DNA of 64,000 bases, from assembly GCA_964016885.1 (NCBI GenBank), contig OZ024740.1:74276001-74340000 (forward strand). The letters are read 5' to 3'. Position numbers and translations under genes: made by a program. How positions within the stretch are numbered: position 1 is the stretch's first letter; each line of letters opens with the position of its first letter. The notes below the pieces were generated by a model. That model was not told where the DNA came from and did no database searches. It saw nothing but the letters and a program-made list of their open reading frames with translations. Of this stretch, positions 1 to 16,689 are shown piece after piece. Source of the DNA: Eledone cirrhosa. Its lineage: Eukaryota.

Positions 1-593
1 CATGAAAGTCGATAGCTGTATAACAAAGTGCAGGGCAATAAAGATAGACAGTAGTCACGGAATAGGCAGACCTAGAAAAACCTGGGACGAGCTGATAAAC
101 TCCAACATCACACACTTACACCTCTCCAAGACAATGTCACTGGACCGAGACCTTTGGCGGTACTCAGTAACAGAGAAGACCCGCCTTACCTAAATATATA
201 GTAAAACCTACTCCAGCCAGTAGGCATCTCTTTACAAAATACACCCCGTCCCACCACCCCCACCCCCACCCGATCCACACCACCCCGTTCTATGTAAAGT
301 TATGTTGGTGCCGCGCCTTCGAGGCCGAAACAAATGAGATCGTGTAGGTGTCACGACAAAAAAACACACAGTCCACGCTGTAATGTGGCCGTGTAGGCAA
401 CACGGTAAAAACCTCCCAGACCCACACTGTAAATGTGGTTGGTGTTAGGAAGGGCATCCAACTGTAGAAAACCTGCCAGACAGTCCTATGCGAGCAAGAC
501 AATCACTCTTGCCTCAAGTGGGACTACCCCCGTCCAAACCCATGCAAGCGTGGAACACGGACGTTAAACGTTGATGATGATGATGATGATGAT
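1..593 (+). mobile_element. RTE-clade LINE (family A) 3' end: ORF2 C-terminus, 3' UTR, (GAT)n tail
   Basis: ORF 2-193 contains the RTE C-terminal motif GRPRKTW...DRDLWR. The 3' UTR has ggttggtgttaggaagggcatcc and ends in acgttaaacgtt(gat)n. Near-identical to copies at 25454, 44349 and 52299. Confidence 0.9.
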
Positions 594-631
594 ATATATA
601 TATACACACACACATATACATACATACACAT

Positions 632-662
<31 letters not shown>

Positions 663-721
663 TACATACACATACATACACATATATATACACACACACA
701 TATATATATATATATATACAC

Positions 722-786
<65 letters not shown>

Positions 787-855
787 TATATATACACACA
801 CACACATACATACATACACCTACATATACACACATATATACACATACACACACAT

Positions 856-954
<99 letters not shown>

Positions 955-1032
955 TATAAAAACATATATATATATATATATATACACACATACACATACA
1001 CATACATATATACATACATATATATATATATA
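594..1032. repeat. (TA)n/(CA)n compound microsatellite
   Basis: Directly visible dinucleotide repeats. Confidence 0.95.
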
Positions 1033-1087
1033 AATCAGGAAAGAAGGTTTACATGGTTTGCTATACAAAAAAGTTTTTCATCACATA

Positions 1088-1193
1088 GCTTACATTTGTT
1101 TCACTGAACTGGTATGTCTAGAGATCGCTATCCGCCTAATTTTGCGTCACTCGATCGCCAATACAGAATAATAACTAGTCAGATCTTCGGAGC
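1088..1193 (-). ncRNA. Degenerate type I hammerhead ribozyme motif with long stem II
   Basis: Minus strand reads gct-CCGAAGA-t-ctgactagt...accagttcag-t-GAAA-caaatg-TA-agc. The core has C in place of U4. Confidence 0.45.
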
Positions 1194-1404
1194 ATGCGAG
1201 AATGAAGAAAATACACAGGCAATCTTTCCTGATTTATTATTACTCCAAGTGTTTACAACATAGGAATTACAGCATACCCGCAGCATCACTACGAAAACGC
1301 CTTGTTGAGTCAAACCAAGCCAAGCGTTAATATCATCCACTACCTAGAATACCATAACTGGACTTCACCTAACTGGACTGCATTTAACTATTATTTGTTA
1401 ATCC

Positions 1405-1405
<1 letters not shown>

Positions 1406-1451
<46 letters not shown>

Positions 1452-1594
1452 TATACATATATATACATACATATACATATATATATATATAAACACATAT
1501 ACACACATACACATATACATACATATACATATACACACACATATACATACATATATATACATATACATACATATACATATACACACACACACAT

Positions 1595-1627
<33 letters not shown>

Positions 1628-1731
1628 CATATATACATATATACATACATACACACATACACATATATAAAATATATATATATATATACATACACATATA
1701 TATACACACAGAGAGAACCACACAAACACAT

Positions 1732-1775
<44 letters not shown>

Positions 1776-1865
1776 ACACACACACACACACCCACACACA
1801 TATATATATATAAATATATACACATACACACATACATACACACATACACACACATATATATACAT

Positions 1866-1910
<45 letters not shown>

Positions 1911-2076
1911 TATATACATATACATATATATATACATATACACACACATATATAAATATATATATATATACACAAATATATATATATACACACACATATA
2001 CATGTGTACACATACATATACATACATATACATACACATACATATACACACATACACATAAATATATACACATACA
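1406..2076. repeat. (TA)/(CA)/(TACA) microsatellite
   Basis: Directly visible. Confidence 0.95.
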
Positions 2077-2139
2077 AATAAATAAGTACTCAATAATTAT
2101 ACGCATATACACAAGCACATAAAAACAGCTCTACAGGCA

Positions 2140-2710
2140 GAAATGGCAGATAGGTAAGAGGTACTCACATAACCATAGTGGCCGTATTTCAGGTTGAGGG
2201 GGGTGGGGGTAGGGTGGGAAGGAGGTATAGGGGCTAATAAGAGGAGGTCGTTTTTAGCCATCGGGCTTTAACACTAGCTTAAAGTATTTGAAAGTTGCAA
2301 AGTTCTTGTGCATGCAGTTCGGGCAGTGTTCAGAGAGTTTGTTCAGTACCGTGCCCTTGGCGAATAAAATTTTGTAGCTCTCGGAGATACAGAGGTCGCA
2401 ACCCTTGTGTCCTCCGTTGTAAGAGCGTGCTTACTGGAGTATTTTCCATTTAAGCGTGAAGGGGGTGGAGTTCCTTTTGAGGTCCCAAACATAGGAGGCG
2501 AGTGTTGACTGGTTTGATTTGTCTGGTCTTCTGAAGGAGTAGGTATGGGCATACCAAAGGGTCTTAAAGTTGTTGGAGGTCATGGCGATGTAAGTTTTTT
2601 TGTTATTGCAATCATCGGTGCCTGAGATGACATCGCATTTGTATACGATATCATTTGTGAGGCATTTGTTTTCAAGTGGGCATGCTTCCTTATTTAGGCA
2701 GTTACACAAA
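2140..2710 (-). mobile_element. Penelope-like element fragment (GIY-YIG endonuclease region)
   Basis: ORF 2431-2709 reads CNC...[18 protein letters not shown]...TYIAMT...FK..W..H..SF...[11 protein letters not shown], typical of the PLE GIY-YIG domain. It continues, frameshifted, to a CDLC motif. Confidence 0.85.
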
Positions 2711-2722
2711 GCCCCAATGTAG

Positions 2723-2769
<47 letters not shown>

Positions 2770-2897
2770 GATATATATATATGTATATATATATATATAG
2801 ATATTATATATATATATATATATATATGTAGATATATATATATATGTGTATATATATATATATATATATGTAGATATATATATATATATAGGTAAGG

Positions 2898-3316
2898 AGA
2901 AGACCCGCCTTACCTAAATATATAGTAAAACCTACTCCAGCCAGTAGGCATCTCTAACAAAATACACCCCGTCCCACCACCACCACCCCCACCCCATCCA
3001 CACCACCCCGTTCTATGTAAAGTTATGTTGGTGCCGCGCCATCGAGGCCGAAACAAATGAGATCGTGTAGGTGTCACGACAAAAAAACACACAGTCCACG
3101 CTGTAATGTGGCCGTGTAGGCAACACGGTAAAAACCTCCCAGACCCACACTGTAAATGTGGTTGGTGTTAGGAAGGGCATCCAACTGTAGAAAACCTGCC
3201 AGACAGTCCTATACGAGCAAGACAATCACTCTTGCCTCAAGTGGGACTACCCCCGTCCAAACCCATGCAAGCGTGGAACACGGACGTTAAACGTTGATGA
3301 TGATGATGATGATGAT
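2898..3316 (+). mobile_element. RTE family A, short 5'-truncated 3' end
   Basis: Matches 173-593 and ends in a (gat)n tail. Confidence 0.9.
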
Positions 3317-3354
3317 ATATATATATGTAGATATATATATATATATATATGTAG

Positions 3355-3415
<61 letters not shown>

Positions 3416-3416
3416 G

Positions 3417-3447
<31 letters not shown>

Positions 3448-3465
3448 TGTAGATATATATATATG

Positions 3466-3508
<43 letters not shown>

Positions 3509-3525
3509 GTAGATATATATATATG

Positions 3526-3559
<34 letters not shown>

Positions 3560-3594
3560 TGTAGATATATATATATGTATATATATATATATGT

Positions 3595-3628
<34 letters not shown>

Positions 3629-3679
3629 GTAGATATATATATATGTATATATATATATATATGTAGATATATATATATG

Positions 3680-3747
<68 letters not shown>

Positions 3748-3908
3748 TGTAGATATATATATATGTAGATATATATATATGTATATATATATATGTAGAT
3801 ATATATATATATATGTAGATATATATATATGTAGATATATATATATGTATATATATATGTATATATATATATATATGTGTAGATATATATATATGTATAT
3901 ATATATAT

Positions 3909-6900
3909 AACTTTGAATAACTTTGAAATGTTTTGGCCAGTATTGGCCCAGGCCATGTCTAACTTAATAGCACCACCTGGCGAAGTCTTTCAATTCAGGA
4001 TTTGGGCACCATGGCCCATTCGAGAAGAGAATTACTGTTTGCGGAGACATATCCGGGTGTGGGTGGTTTGTCCGGGATTACTTGGAGGAATTTGTCCAAA
4101 GACTTCTTGAATTTTGTGTGGTCAGTTTCTGTTTTGACGTGTCCTGGTGTGATGTTGAAGAGAGCAGGGCCGATTGAGGTGAAATAATTGTGCCGTATTG
4201 TTGTTATGAGTTGCGATTTAGATTTTTGAATGGGACGGATAGCACGGGGCCCAAGCCTTGGGTGTATCTTGAAGGCGATGCCAACATCATTTGGGCAGTG
4301 ATGATGGAACATTTTCCACATCATGCAGATAATATAACGCTCACGGCGACGTTGGAGTGAGTAAAGTTTCAGGTTTTCCAATCGACCCCAGTAGTCAAGG
4401 TCTGACATGCCATCTATCTTTTTCGTGATTGCCCTTTGAGGAGCTTCAAGTTTCATGATACTTTGTTTCGTGTGGGGAGACCACAGTGGACAACAGTATT
4501 CAAGGTGTGGTCGGGCGAAAGTAGAGAAGAGAAGGATAATGGTGCGGGAATCTCTCGACTGGAAGGTTCTGAGGATCCAGGAACACATTCTGCGGGCCAT
4601 GTCAACTTTGCTGCTTATATGCGTGGTCCAGCTTATGTTGCTGTCCACGGTTACTCCCAAGTCTCTGATGTTGTTAGATGCCACGAGAGTTTCCCCGGAG
4701 GGAAGGGAGTACGGGAGTTTCAGAGCATCCTCTTTTCCAAAGTGGATCAGTTCGAATTTGTCTTCGTTCAGTAACATGTTGTTCTTTTCTGCCCATTGGG
4801 TAACAGCCAGTAGGTCTGACTGAAGGCTTATCCGGTCATCCACGCCATTGATGACCTTTTGGAGCTTGGAATCATCAGCGAAAATTTTAATGTTGCTGTG
4901 TTTGATGATGTCAGTGATGTCATTAATATAGATGATGAAGAGAAGTGGGCCCAACACAGTGCCTTGTGGGACTCCACTACTGACTTTGGCTGGGCTTGAT
5001 TTGACTCCCTCAACTACAACATGTTGGGTTCTGTTTGACAGGAAGCTCTTGATCCACTGCAGCAGCTTTCCAGTGACACCAATATTGGACAGCTTTCTCA
5101 GTAGAATGTTATGATCAACCCTGTCAAAGGCCTTGCTGAAATCAAGGTAGATAACATCAGTGTTGGAACCCTCTCCCAAGGCTCTCAAAATGTCATCAAA
5201 GTGATGCAGTAGTTGCGTCAGGCAATCCCTTCCATTACGGAATCCATGCTGGTTGGAGTTCAGCATATTGTTACTCTCAAGGAAGTGGGTCATTCGCGAT
5301 CTCACCACTCGCTCAAATACCTTAATGATATGAGAGGTGAGTGAGATTGGACGGTAATTCACGGCAAGGGATTTGTTTCCCTTTTTGAAAACTGGGACAA
5401 CAGACTGGGATAGAAGGTTTTCTGGCACATATCCAGCATCCAGTGAGTTCCGCCACAGATTGGCAAGAGGAGAAGCAAGTTGGTGTTGACACGCCTTCAA
5501 GACACAAGCAGGGAACCTATCGGGACCTACTGCTGAATTATGCTTGATTTCCTTTATTGCCGCCAAGACATCAGGGGCGCCAAACGTTATGTCCGATAAG
5601 GTGTAATGGGGAGTAACATCGCCGATACAGCCCAGATCGGCCATATCAGGATTGCTGAAAACAGAGCAGTATTGTTTCTGCAGTATCTCACCCATGGTTT
5701 TAGCATTGTCTTGAAGAGTGCCATTTTCATCAATTAGAGGGCCAACAGTAGAGCCAGTGATTTTGTGTTTTTTTGCAAATGAAAAGAACACTTTGGGATT
5801 GAGTTTGATCTTCTCAATGGCCCAGGCCTCTTCAGCTCTTCTCTGATTGTTGATGAGGGACATTATGTTGTTTTGGAGGTTATGTTTTTTAATCTCTAGT
5901 GATGAAATGGCAGTCAAGTTGATGTGTTGCTGCTGACAGTATTTCAGCTTGTTGATTTTTTTGTTCGTTCTCTTAATTTTTCTGATGAGTGTTTTTCTAT
6001 TTCTAGGGATTCTGCTCTTAGATTTGTTTATAGTTCTTAATGGGGTGTGTTTAGCACATATGTTTGTAACAGTGTCCACAAATGTCTGCCAGGACTTTTT
6101 GATGTTAGTGGGTGTATGAGTGTGCGTGAAGGACCAGTCGACATGTGCAAGATCATGACTGATCGCTTCCCAGTTTGCATTGTGGAAATCCATAGCGTCA
6201 AACGGATGGACAGGAGAAATGACATTGGGTTTGTATATTGGACGGTGGAAACTCAGATCACAGAGAACCATGTCATGATCAGAGAGTAGAGTTTTCTCCA
6301 CTGCAATATTGTGGATATTGTCAGTGTGATTGCTGAAAATTAAGTCTAGGACGTTTTTGTGGCACCTCGTTGGTTCGAGCACTAGTTGGGATAGGAAGAA
6401 ATCATCCATGAAGTCAAGAAGCGATTCCACAGCTTCCCTGTCAGAGGTTGAGGCAGAAGAACCTGGTGGCAGGGTGTTTGTGGACCAGTCAACTCCGGGG
6501 AGGTTGAAGTCCCCCATCATTAAGATGTTGTCAGGGTGACACTCTTGGATGAAACACTTTATGCTGTTGAGGCATTCCTTGAAGCATGGTACAGGCGTTT
6601 GGGGTGGCCTATAGAGCCCAACTACTAATAGGTTGTTGGTTTGACTGAATACAGTGACTGCCTCACAGTATCCATTAGTGAATATGTTCATAGCCTCTGT
6701 TGAGAAAGAATTATGGACATAAATGGCAGTTCCGCCCTTTCTTCTGCCAGCGCGATCAGCACGGATGGCTTTGAAATTTTTCACTTTCACCTCGGCTTCC
6801 AAGTGGAGGTTACTGAGATGGGTTTCAGTGAGGACGAAGAAAGGGATGTGGTTTGGATGGACATCAATCCAGTCCTCCAGGAATTTGATCTTCCATTTTT

Positions 6901-7086
6901 GAGTATTGGTGGAAGGGCTGATGCCTTGGGCGTTAAGCAAAAATGTAGAGGCGAGAGTGGATGGTTTTAATTGTTTTGGTGTGTTGTTAATTTGTTTGTT
7001 TGTTAATGGCAGCAATGGGAGTTTGTGCAGTGGGGTGATAGTGGAGGGTGGTGCTGGGTGATAGCTCGAATGTTTTTTTCCAGTTT
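3909..7086 (-). mobile_element. CR1-group LINE, 5'-truncated, with uninterrupted ORF2
   Basis: Has an APE and an RT domain, a short 3' UTR ending in (ttcaaagtta)x2, and TA tracts on both sides. Confidence 0.93.
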
Positions 7087-7090
7087 CCAT
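3995..7090 (-). CDS. LINE ORF2: apurinic-like endonuclease + reverse transcriptase (1031 aa)
   Basis: APE motifs LTETHL, GLYRPP, MGDFNLP, LDLIF, SDH. RT motifs [42 protein letters not shown]1-type C-terminus [22 protein letters not shown]. The ATG lies at the TA junction and may be adventitious. Confidence 0.9.
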   Translation of the reverse strand: METGKKHSSYHPAPPSTITPLHKLPLLPLTNKQINNTPKQLKPSTLASTFLLNAQGISPSTNTQKWKIKFLEDWIDVHPNHIPFFVLTETHLSNLHLEAEVKVKNFKAIRADRAGRRKGGTAIYVHNSFSTEAMNIFTNGYCEAVTVFSQTNNLLVVGLYRPPQTPVPCFKECLNSIKCFIQECHPDNILMMGDFNLPGVDWSTNTLPPGSSASTSDREAVESLLDFMDDFFLSQLVLEPTRCHKNVLDLIFSNHTDNIHNIAVEKTLLSDHDMVLCDLSFHRPIYKPNVISPVHPFDAMDFHNANWEAISHDLAHVDWSFTHTHTPTNIKKSWQTFVDTVTNICAKHTPLRTINKSKSRIPRNRKTLIRKIKRTNKKINKLKYCQQQHINLTAISSLEIKKHNLQNNIMSLINNQRRAEEAWAIEKIKLNPKVFFSFAKKHKITGSTVGPLIDENGTLQDNAKTMGEILQKQYCSVFSNPDMADLGCIGDVTPHYTLSDITFGAPDVLAAIKEIKHNSAVGPDRFPACVLKACQHQLASPLANLWRNSLDAGYVPENLLSQSVVPVFKKGNKSLAVNYRPISLTSHIIKVFERVVRSRMTHFLESNNMLNSNQHGFRNGRDCLTQLLHHFDDILRALGEGSNTDVIYLDFSKAFDRVDHNILLRKLSNIGVTGKLLQWIKSFLSNRTQHVVVEGVKSSPAKVSSGVPQGTVLGPLLFIIYINDITDIIKHSNIKIFADDSKLQKVINGVDDRISLQSDLLAVTQWAEKNNMLLNEDKFELIHFGKEDALKLPYSLPSGETLVASNNIRDLGVTVDSNISWTTHISSKVDMARRMCSWILRTFQSRDSRTIILLFSTFARPHLEYCCPLWSPHTKQSIMKLEAPQRAITKKIDGMSDLDYWGRLENLKLYSLQRRRERYIICMMWKMFHHHCPNDVGIAFKIHPRLGPRAIRPIQKSKSQLITTIRHNYFTSIGPALFNITPGHVKTETDHTKFKKSLDKFLQVIPDKPPTPGYVSANSNSLLEWAMVPKS

Positions 7091-7118
7091 ATATATATGT
7101 ATATATATATATATGTAG

Positions 7119-7237
<119 letters not shown>

Positions 7238-7238
7238 G

Positions 7239-7286
<48 letters not shown>

Positions 7287-7299
7287 GTATATATATATG

Positions 7300-7335
<36 letters not shown>

Positions 7336-7629
7336 TATATTTATTCAGGTTTGAGGTTCACCACTGTATAGAGCTGGTCTATTCCGTATGGTCAATCGTA
7401 ATGCAATAATATAGAGAATACTCAACGTAAAGCAGTTCAACCGTCTTTGTTTTTGTAGTTGGTGGTGCTATTACGGAGTTAAATATTATAATGAAATGAC
7501 AGGAGGCTGGATTTGTGTAAATCCTTGAAAGGTTTATTATACTATGATCATTTCAATGACCGGGTTCCGTATGAATCCGGTGATTTCATTATAATATTAT
7601 ATATATATATATGTAGATATATATATATG

Positions 7630-7738
<109 letters not shown>

Positions 7739-7787
7739 ATATATATATATGTATATGTATATATATATATGTATATGTATATATATG

Positions 7788-7928
<141 letters not shown>

Positions 7929-7933
7929 GTATA

Positions 7934-8491
7934 TAACTTTGAATAACTTTGAAATGTTTTGGCCAGTATTGGCCCAGGCCATGTCTAACTTAATAGCACC
8001 ACCTGGCGAAGTCTTTCAATTCAGGATTTGGGCACCATGGCCCATTCGAGAAGAGAATTACTGTTTGCGGAGACATATCCGGGTGTGGGTGGTTTGTCTG
8101 GGATTACTTGGAGGAATTTGTCCAAAGACTTCTTGAATTTTGTGTGGTCAGTTTCTGTTTTGACGTGTCCTGGTGTGATGTTGAAGAGAGCAGGGCCGAT
8201 TGAGGTGAAATAATTGTGCCGTATTGTTGTTATGAGTTGCGATTTAGATTTTTGTATGGGACGGATAGCACGGGGCCCAAGCCTTGGGTGTATCTTGAAG
8301 GCGATGCCAACATCATTTGGGCAGTGATGATGGAACGTTTTCCACATCATGCAGATAATATAACGCTCACGGCGACGTTGGAGTGAGTAAAGTTTCAGCT
8401 TTTCTAGTCGACCCCAGTAGTCAAGGTCTGACATGCCATCTATCTTTTTCGTGATTGCCCTTTGAGGAGCTTCAAGTTTCATGATACTTTG
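7934..8491 (-). mobile_element. CR1-group LINE 3' fragment (same family as 3909-7086)
   Basis: Near-identical to 3909-4465 ([10 protein letters not shown]...WAMVPKS plus the 3' UTR). Confidence 0.92.
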
Positions 8492-10955
<2,464 letters not shown>

Positions 10956-11359
10956 ATTAAAATAACAGATTAAAGTTTAAGCAAAGAATCGCTGCTTTCA
11001 CCCTTAACGGGATCTTCTGAAACTAACAAAGTCAATCTGTAAACGCAGAACTGGATATTTAAAAAAACGTTGCAACCGGAGGAAGACAGGAAGTCGATAC
11101 TTTGGTTCGTGGAAACGTTTGCTGGCAAAGAACGGGAAAAAACGAATATAATACGTCATTAATAGGAGCGGTGAAAAACAATTACGCGCAAAGACAGAAC
11201 CACGTTTATGATATAAAAGAGGTTGTAGACTAATGTTCTCTTAGGTGGTGCATGGAGACGTTCTGTGGCAATGAACGAAAAAAACGAAGATAATACGTCA
11301 TATGTGGAGCGTAGAGAACAGCACGCAAAGACAAAACCACGTAAATGGTATAGCATAAG

Positions 11360-11490
11360 GGTAAATTAGAGAACATAGAAATAAAAATAGAATCTACACA
11401 CAGAAAAGACGCAATGTTTAAACAAATCACAGAGGCAATAAACATAAACGAACTCCAACCAAAATTAAATAGAAAACATGAATGGAACAG
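11360..11490 (+). mobile_element. Penelope-like GIY-YIG C-terminal remnant
   Basis: Translates as KLENIEIKIESTHRKDAMFKQITEAININELQPKLNRKHEW, resembling the PLE end motif EA..I....P.LN...E. Confidence 0.55.
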
Positions 11491-11779
11491 CAACATCACA
11501 ACTTACAATTAAGGACAAAATGAAAACACAGACGCACTTAGAACAAACAACCAACCAGTAACATGTAAATAAACAAATAAATAAACAAATATAAACACAC
11601 ACAGACACCCGGATGTAACACATGCGCAAACTAAGCACACAGCACACACAAAAACAAAATGGCGTAGGACAGAACAAAGGAAAGGCACGAAAACAAAAAA
11701 AAGAATCCCCAGTCACTGAAGAGGTCACAGAATGTGTGACGAAAGAACTTTGACAATATATGAACAATCATCTCGTTGT

Positions 11780-11963
11780 GGAACCAACCAACCAACCGGA
11801 AATTTATAAATTCCTAAATTTATAAATTTATTATAATAAATTGAAGTGAAAGCAACTGGTGCGTGTGTTTCTTATTGGCAACATGACCCTCCCAAAGTAT
11901 AACAATATCGGTTTCAACACACGTTTTCAGATAAAGAATCTTGCTAAACAAATTCAGAAACGA
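11780..11963 (+). repeat. Unclassified interspersed repeat; second copy inverted at ~22146-22310
   Basis: catgaccctcccaaagtataacaatatc...aagaatcttgctaaacaaattcagaaacga matches the reverse complement of 22146-22270. Confidence 0.7.
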
Positions 11964-12136
11964 TATATATATACATATATATATGTATATATATATGTAT
12001 ATATGTGTATATCTATATATGTGTGTGTATCGTATATATATATATGTGTGTATATATATATATATGTGTGTATATATATATATGCATGTATATATATATA
12101 TGTGTGTATATATATATATGTGTATATATATATGTG

Positions 12137-12171
<35 letters not shown>

Positions 12172-12357
12172 GTGTAACCCGAGATTCCACCAGCCAAAAG
12201 CTAATCCCAGGTCCTCTTTCCAGCCCACACATTTGATAACATGGATCCCTACAATGCCAACTGGGATGCAATTATGAACGAACTATCACATGTCGACTGG
12301 TCTTTTACACATATATGTGTGTGTATATATATATATGTGTGTGTGTATATATATATA

Positions 12358-12418
<61 letters not shown>

Positions 12419-12419
<1 letters not shown>

Positions 12420-12910
12420 AACAAATGAGATCGTGTAGGTGTCACGACAAAAAAAAAAACACACAGTCCACGCTGTAGAATGTGGCCGTGTAGGCAACAC
12501 GGTAAAAACCTCCCAGCCCCACACTGTAAATGTGGTTGGTGTTAGGAAGGGCATCCAGCTGTAGAAAACCCGCCAGACAGTCCACGCTGTAATGTGGCCG
12601 TGTAGGCAACACGGTAAAAACCTCCCAGCCCCACACTGTAAATGTGGTTGGTGTTAGGAAGGGCATCCAGCTGTAGAAAACCCGCCAGACAGTCCACGCT
12701 GTAATGTGGCCGTGTAGGCAACACGGTAAAAACCTCCCAGCCCCACACTGTAAATGTGGTTGGTGTTAGGAAGGGCATCCAACTGTAGAAAACCCGCCAG
12801 ACAGTCCTATGCTAGCAAGACAACCACTCTTGCCTCAAGTGGGAAAACCCCCGTCCAAACCCATGCAAGCGTGGAACACGGACGCTAAACCTGATGATGA
12901 TGATGATGAT
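12419..12910 (+). mobile_element. RTE family A 3' UTR with a triplicated 112-bp internal unit
   Basis: Three copies of acagtccacgctgt...aaacccgccag start at 12463, 12577 and 12689, followed by a (gat)n tail. Confidence 0.88.
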
Positions 12911-12935
12911 ATATATGTATATATATATGTATATA

Positions 12936-15900
12936 TAACACAACATGGCTACTGTGAATCAGTCACTGTGCACAATAAAGCCAATGACCTGACATTATTT
13001 GCGCTCTATAGGCCACCACAACCAACCACACATAATCTGCTTCAAAGAATGCCTCAAGAAAAAAACATTTTAGCCATCATCTAACACCAACCTTGCTGTC
13101 ACTAACACACAATCTCAAAACAAGCCCCCTGCAATAGTCAAAACCAGCCACCACACTAGCCTCCACATTTTTACTCAATACACATGGTATCAGCCCATCC
13201 ATCAATGCACAGAAATGGAAGATCCAATTCCCACTTGGAGGCCGAAGTAAGAGTGAGGAATTTCACAACCATTCGTGCGGATCGTGTTGGCAGAAGAAAG
13301 GGTGGAACTGCCATTTTCCTGCATGATTACTTTACAGCAGATGGTAACACAACATTCTCCAATAGCTACTGTGAATCAGTCACTGTGCACAATAAAGCCA
13401 ATGACCTGACATTAGTTGGGCTCTATAGGCCACCACAAACACCATAATCTGCTTCAAAGAATGCCTCAACAGTATTAAATGCTTTATTAAACAGTGCCAT
13501 TCTAGCAACATACTTTTGATGGGAGACTTTAATCTCCCCTGTGTCGATTAAACAGTTTGAAACCAGGCACCCCAACCTCAACCACTGACAAAGAAGCAGT
13601 CGAGTCACTTCTTGACTTCACGAATGAGTTTTTCTTCTCCCAACTTGTCCCTGCACCAACAAAGCATCAGAAGAACATTCTGGATCTAGTGTTTAGTAAC
13701 CACACTAACACTATCCATAATATTACAGTGGAAAAAACTCTTCCCTGAGACCATGACATGGTTCCTTGTAACCCGAGATTCCACCAGCCAAAAGCTAATC
13801 CCAGGTCCTCTTTCCAGCCCACCCATTTGATAACATGGATCCCTACAATGCCAACTGGGATGCAATTATGAACGAACTATCACATGTCGACTGGTCTTTT
13901 ACACACACTTCCACCAACATCAAAACATCTTGGCAGATCTTTGTAGACACTGTCACAAATATATGTACAAAACACACCCCACCAAAACCTGTGAACAAAA
14001 CCAAGTGCAGTATCCCCCAAAACAAAAAAAAATTATCAGAAAAATAAAAAGAACAAACAAAAAAATTAACACACTAAAATACTACCAACAGCAACACACA
14101 TTTGATGGCTATCGCACTGCTTGAGTCAAAAAAATATAACCTCCAGCAATGCATGATGACCATCATCAATAACCAGAGAATAGCTGAAGAGAGATGGACC
14201 ATTGAGAAAATCAAACTCAACCCCAAAGTGTTCTTTTCATTTGCTAAAAAACACAAGGTCACCGACTCCACTGTTGGCCCCCTTGTTGATGAAAATGGCA
14301 CACTCCAAGACAATGCCAAAACCATGGGCGAGATACTGCAGAAACAATACTGCTCTGTTTTCAGCAATCCTGATATGGCCGATCTGGGCTGTATCAATGA
14401 TGTTAATCCCCAACACACTATATCAGACATAACGTTTGGCGCCCCTGATGTCTTAGCGGCAATAAATAAAATTAAACACAATTCAGCAGTAGGCCCCGAC
14501 AGGTTCCCTGCTTGTGCCCTGAAGGTGTGTCGACACCAACTTGCATCTCCTCTTGCTAATCTGTGGAGGAATTCACTGGACACTGGCTATATTCCTGAAA
14601 ACTTTCTGTCCCAGTCCGTTCAAAAAGGGAAATAAGTCCCTTGCAGTGAACTACCGTCTGATCTCACTCACCTCTCATATTATCAAGGTATTTGAGAGGA
14701 TGGTGAGATCACGAATAACCCATTTTCTTGAAAGCAACGGCCTGCTGAACTCCAACCAACATGGGTTCCGTAATGGAAGGGACTGCCTAATGCAGCTCCT
14801 GCATCACTTTGATGATATTTTGAGAGCCTTGGGAGAGGGCTCCAACACTGATGTCATCTACCTTGACTTCAGCAAGGCCTTTGACAGGGTTGATCATAAG
14901 ATTCTACTGAAAAAAACATCCAATGCTGGTGTCTCTAGAAGGTTACTACAGTGGATCAAATGTTTCCTGACAGACAGAACCTAGCATGTTGTAGTCGAAG
15001 GAGTAAAATCAAGCCCTGCCAAAGTCAGCAGTGGCGTCCCACAAGGCACTGTGTTGGGCCCACTTCTTTTCATCATCTACATTAATGTCATTACTGACAT
15101 CATCAAGCATAGCAACCTAAGAATCTTCGCAGATGATTCCAAGCTCCAAAGGGTCATCAATGGGGTGGGTGACCGGACTTGCCTTCAGTCAGACCTACTG
15201 GCTGTTATCCAATGGGCAGAAAAGAATAATATGCTGTTGAATGAGGATAAGTTTGAATTAATCCACTTTGGAAAAAAGGATTCCCTGAAACTACCATACT
15301 CTCTTCCTTCGGGTGGAACTCTAGTCACATCCAACAATATCAGAGACCTGGGAGTAATTGTGGACAACATAAGCTGGGCCACTCATAAACAGCAATTTTG
15401 ATATGGCCCGCAGAATGTGTTCCTGGATTCTCAGAACATTCCAGTCGAGAGATATCCAAACTGTTATCCTTCTCTTCTCCACTTTTGCCCGACCCCACCT
15501 TGAATACTGTTGTCCACTGTGGTCACCCGATATGAAACAAAGTATCATGAAAGTTGAAGCACCCCAAAGGTCAATTACAAAAAAGATAGATGGCATGATA
15601 GGCCTTGACTATTGGAGTGGATTAGAAAAGCTCAACCTTTATTCTCTCCAACGTCGCCGTGAGCGCTACATTATCTGCATGATGTGGAAAATATTCTATC
15701 AGCTTAGCCCAAATGATGTTGGGATCACCTTTAATGTACACCCAAGGCTTGGGCCCCGTGCTATCCGCCCACGATAAAAATCTCACTCGCATCTCATAAC
15801 AACAATACGCCACAATTATTTCACATCAATTGGCCCTGCTCTCTTTAACATTACACCAAAACACATCAAAGCAGAGACAGACCCCATCAAGTTCAAGAAG

Positions 15901-16095
15901 TCTTTGGATAAATTCCTTCAAGAAATCCCGGATAAGCCTCCTACACCCGGATATGCCACCGTAAACAATAACTCTCTGCTCGAGTGGGCCATGGTGCCCA
16001 AACACTGATTTGTAAGACTTCGCCAGGTGGTGCTATTAAGTTAGACATGGCCTGGGCCAATACTGGCCGAAACCTATCAAAGTTATCAAAGTTAT
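12936..16095 (+). pseudogene. Older, disrupted CR1-group LINE ORF2 related to the 3995-7090 element
   Basis: Fragmented ORFs 13184-15777 align to the intact ORF2 ([34 protein letters not shown]). They contain stops and frameshifts and share the same 3' UTR. Confidence 0.9.
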
Positions 16096-16165
16096 ACATA
16101 TATATACATACATATATATACATATAAATACATACATACATATATACATACATATATATACATAC

Positions 16166-16224
<59 letters not shown>

Positions 16225-16225
<1 letters not shown>

Positions 16226-16270
16226 CATCATCATCACCGTTTTACGTCCGTTCTTCCACGCTAGCATGGG

Positions 16271-16272
<2 letters not shown>
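16225..16272 (-). mobile_element. RTE family B extreme 3' end
   Basis: (cat)n-caccgttttacgtccgttcttccacgctagcatgggtt is identical to the 3' end at 56526. Confidence 0.75.
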
Positions 16273-16357
<85 letters not shown>

Positions 16358-16689
16358 CATACATATATATATATACATATATATATATATAGATATAAAG
16401 TTGTAGTTCCTGTTTGTTCACAAACTCCTCCCTCCTATGGTTTTGGAGATAGACCCCCATAACCATATATATTCTGAAACTACATTGCGAGGGTACTTGG
16501 ATAAGTATATTTCATTTTAATCAAAGGGTTCTCCGGCGGCACAAATCCTTCGATTTATATGAAATTTAATACATAGGTAAATGACAACATATGATGCCTA
16601 TTCACAAAATTTCAGCAAATTGCAATAATATAAAGACACTCTATAGTAAAAGTTTTGGCCAATAAATGGAACAAGATGTGTTGTAACAA

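Noticed and set aside
290-502. Recurrent [11 protein letters not shown]... ORFs at many loci
   Set aside because: These are antisense readings of the RTE/SINE 3' UTR.
10985-11025. Minus-strand cagaaga-tccc-gttaa-gggt-gaaa hammerhead-like motif
   Set aside because: The core is mutated and stems I and III are not formed; too degenerate to call.
12463-12800. Regularly spaced repeats resembling a CRISPR array
   Set aside because: The whole 112-bp unit is repeated with no unique spacers. It is a LINE 3' UTR in a eukaryotic context with no cas genes.
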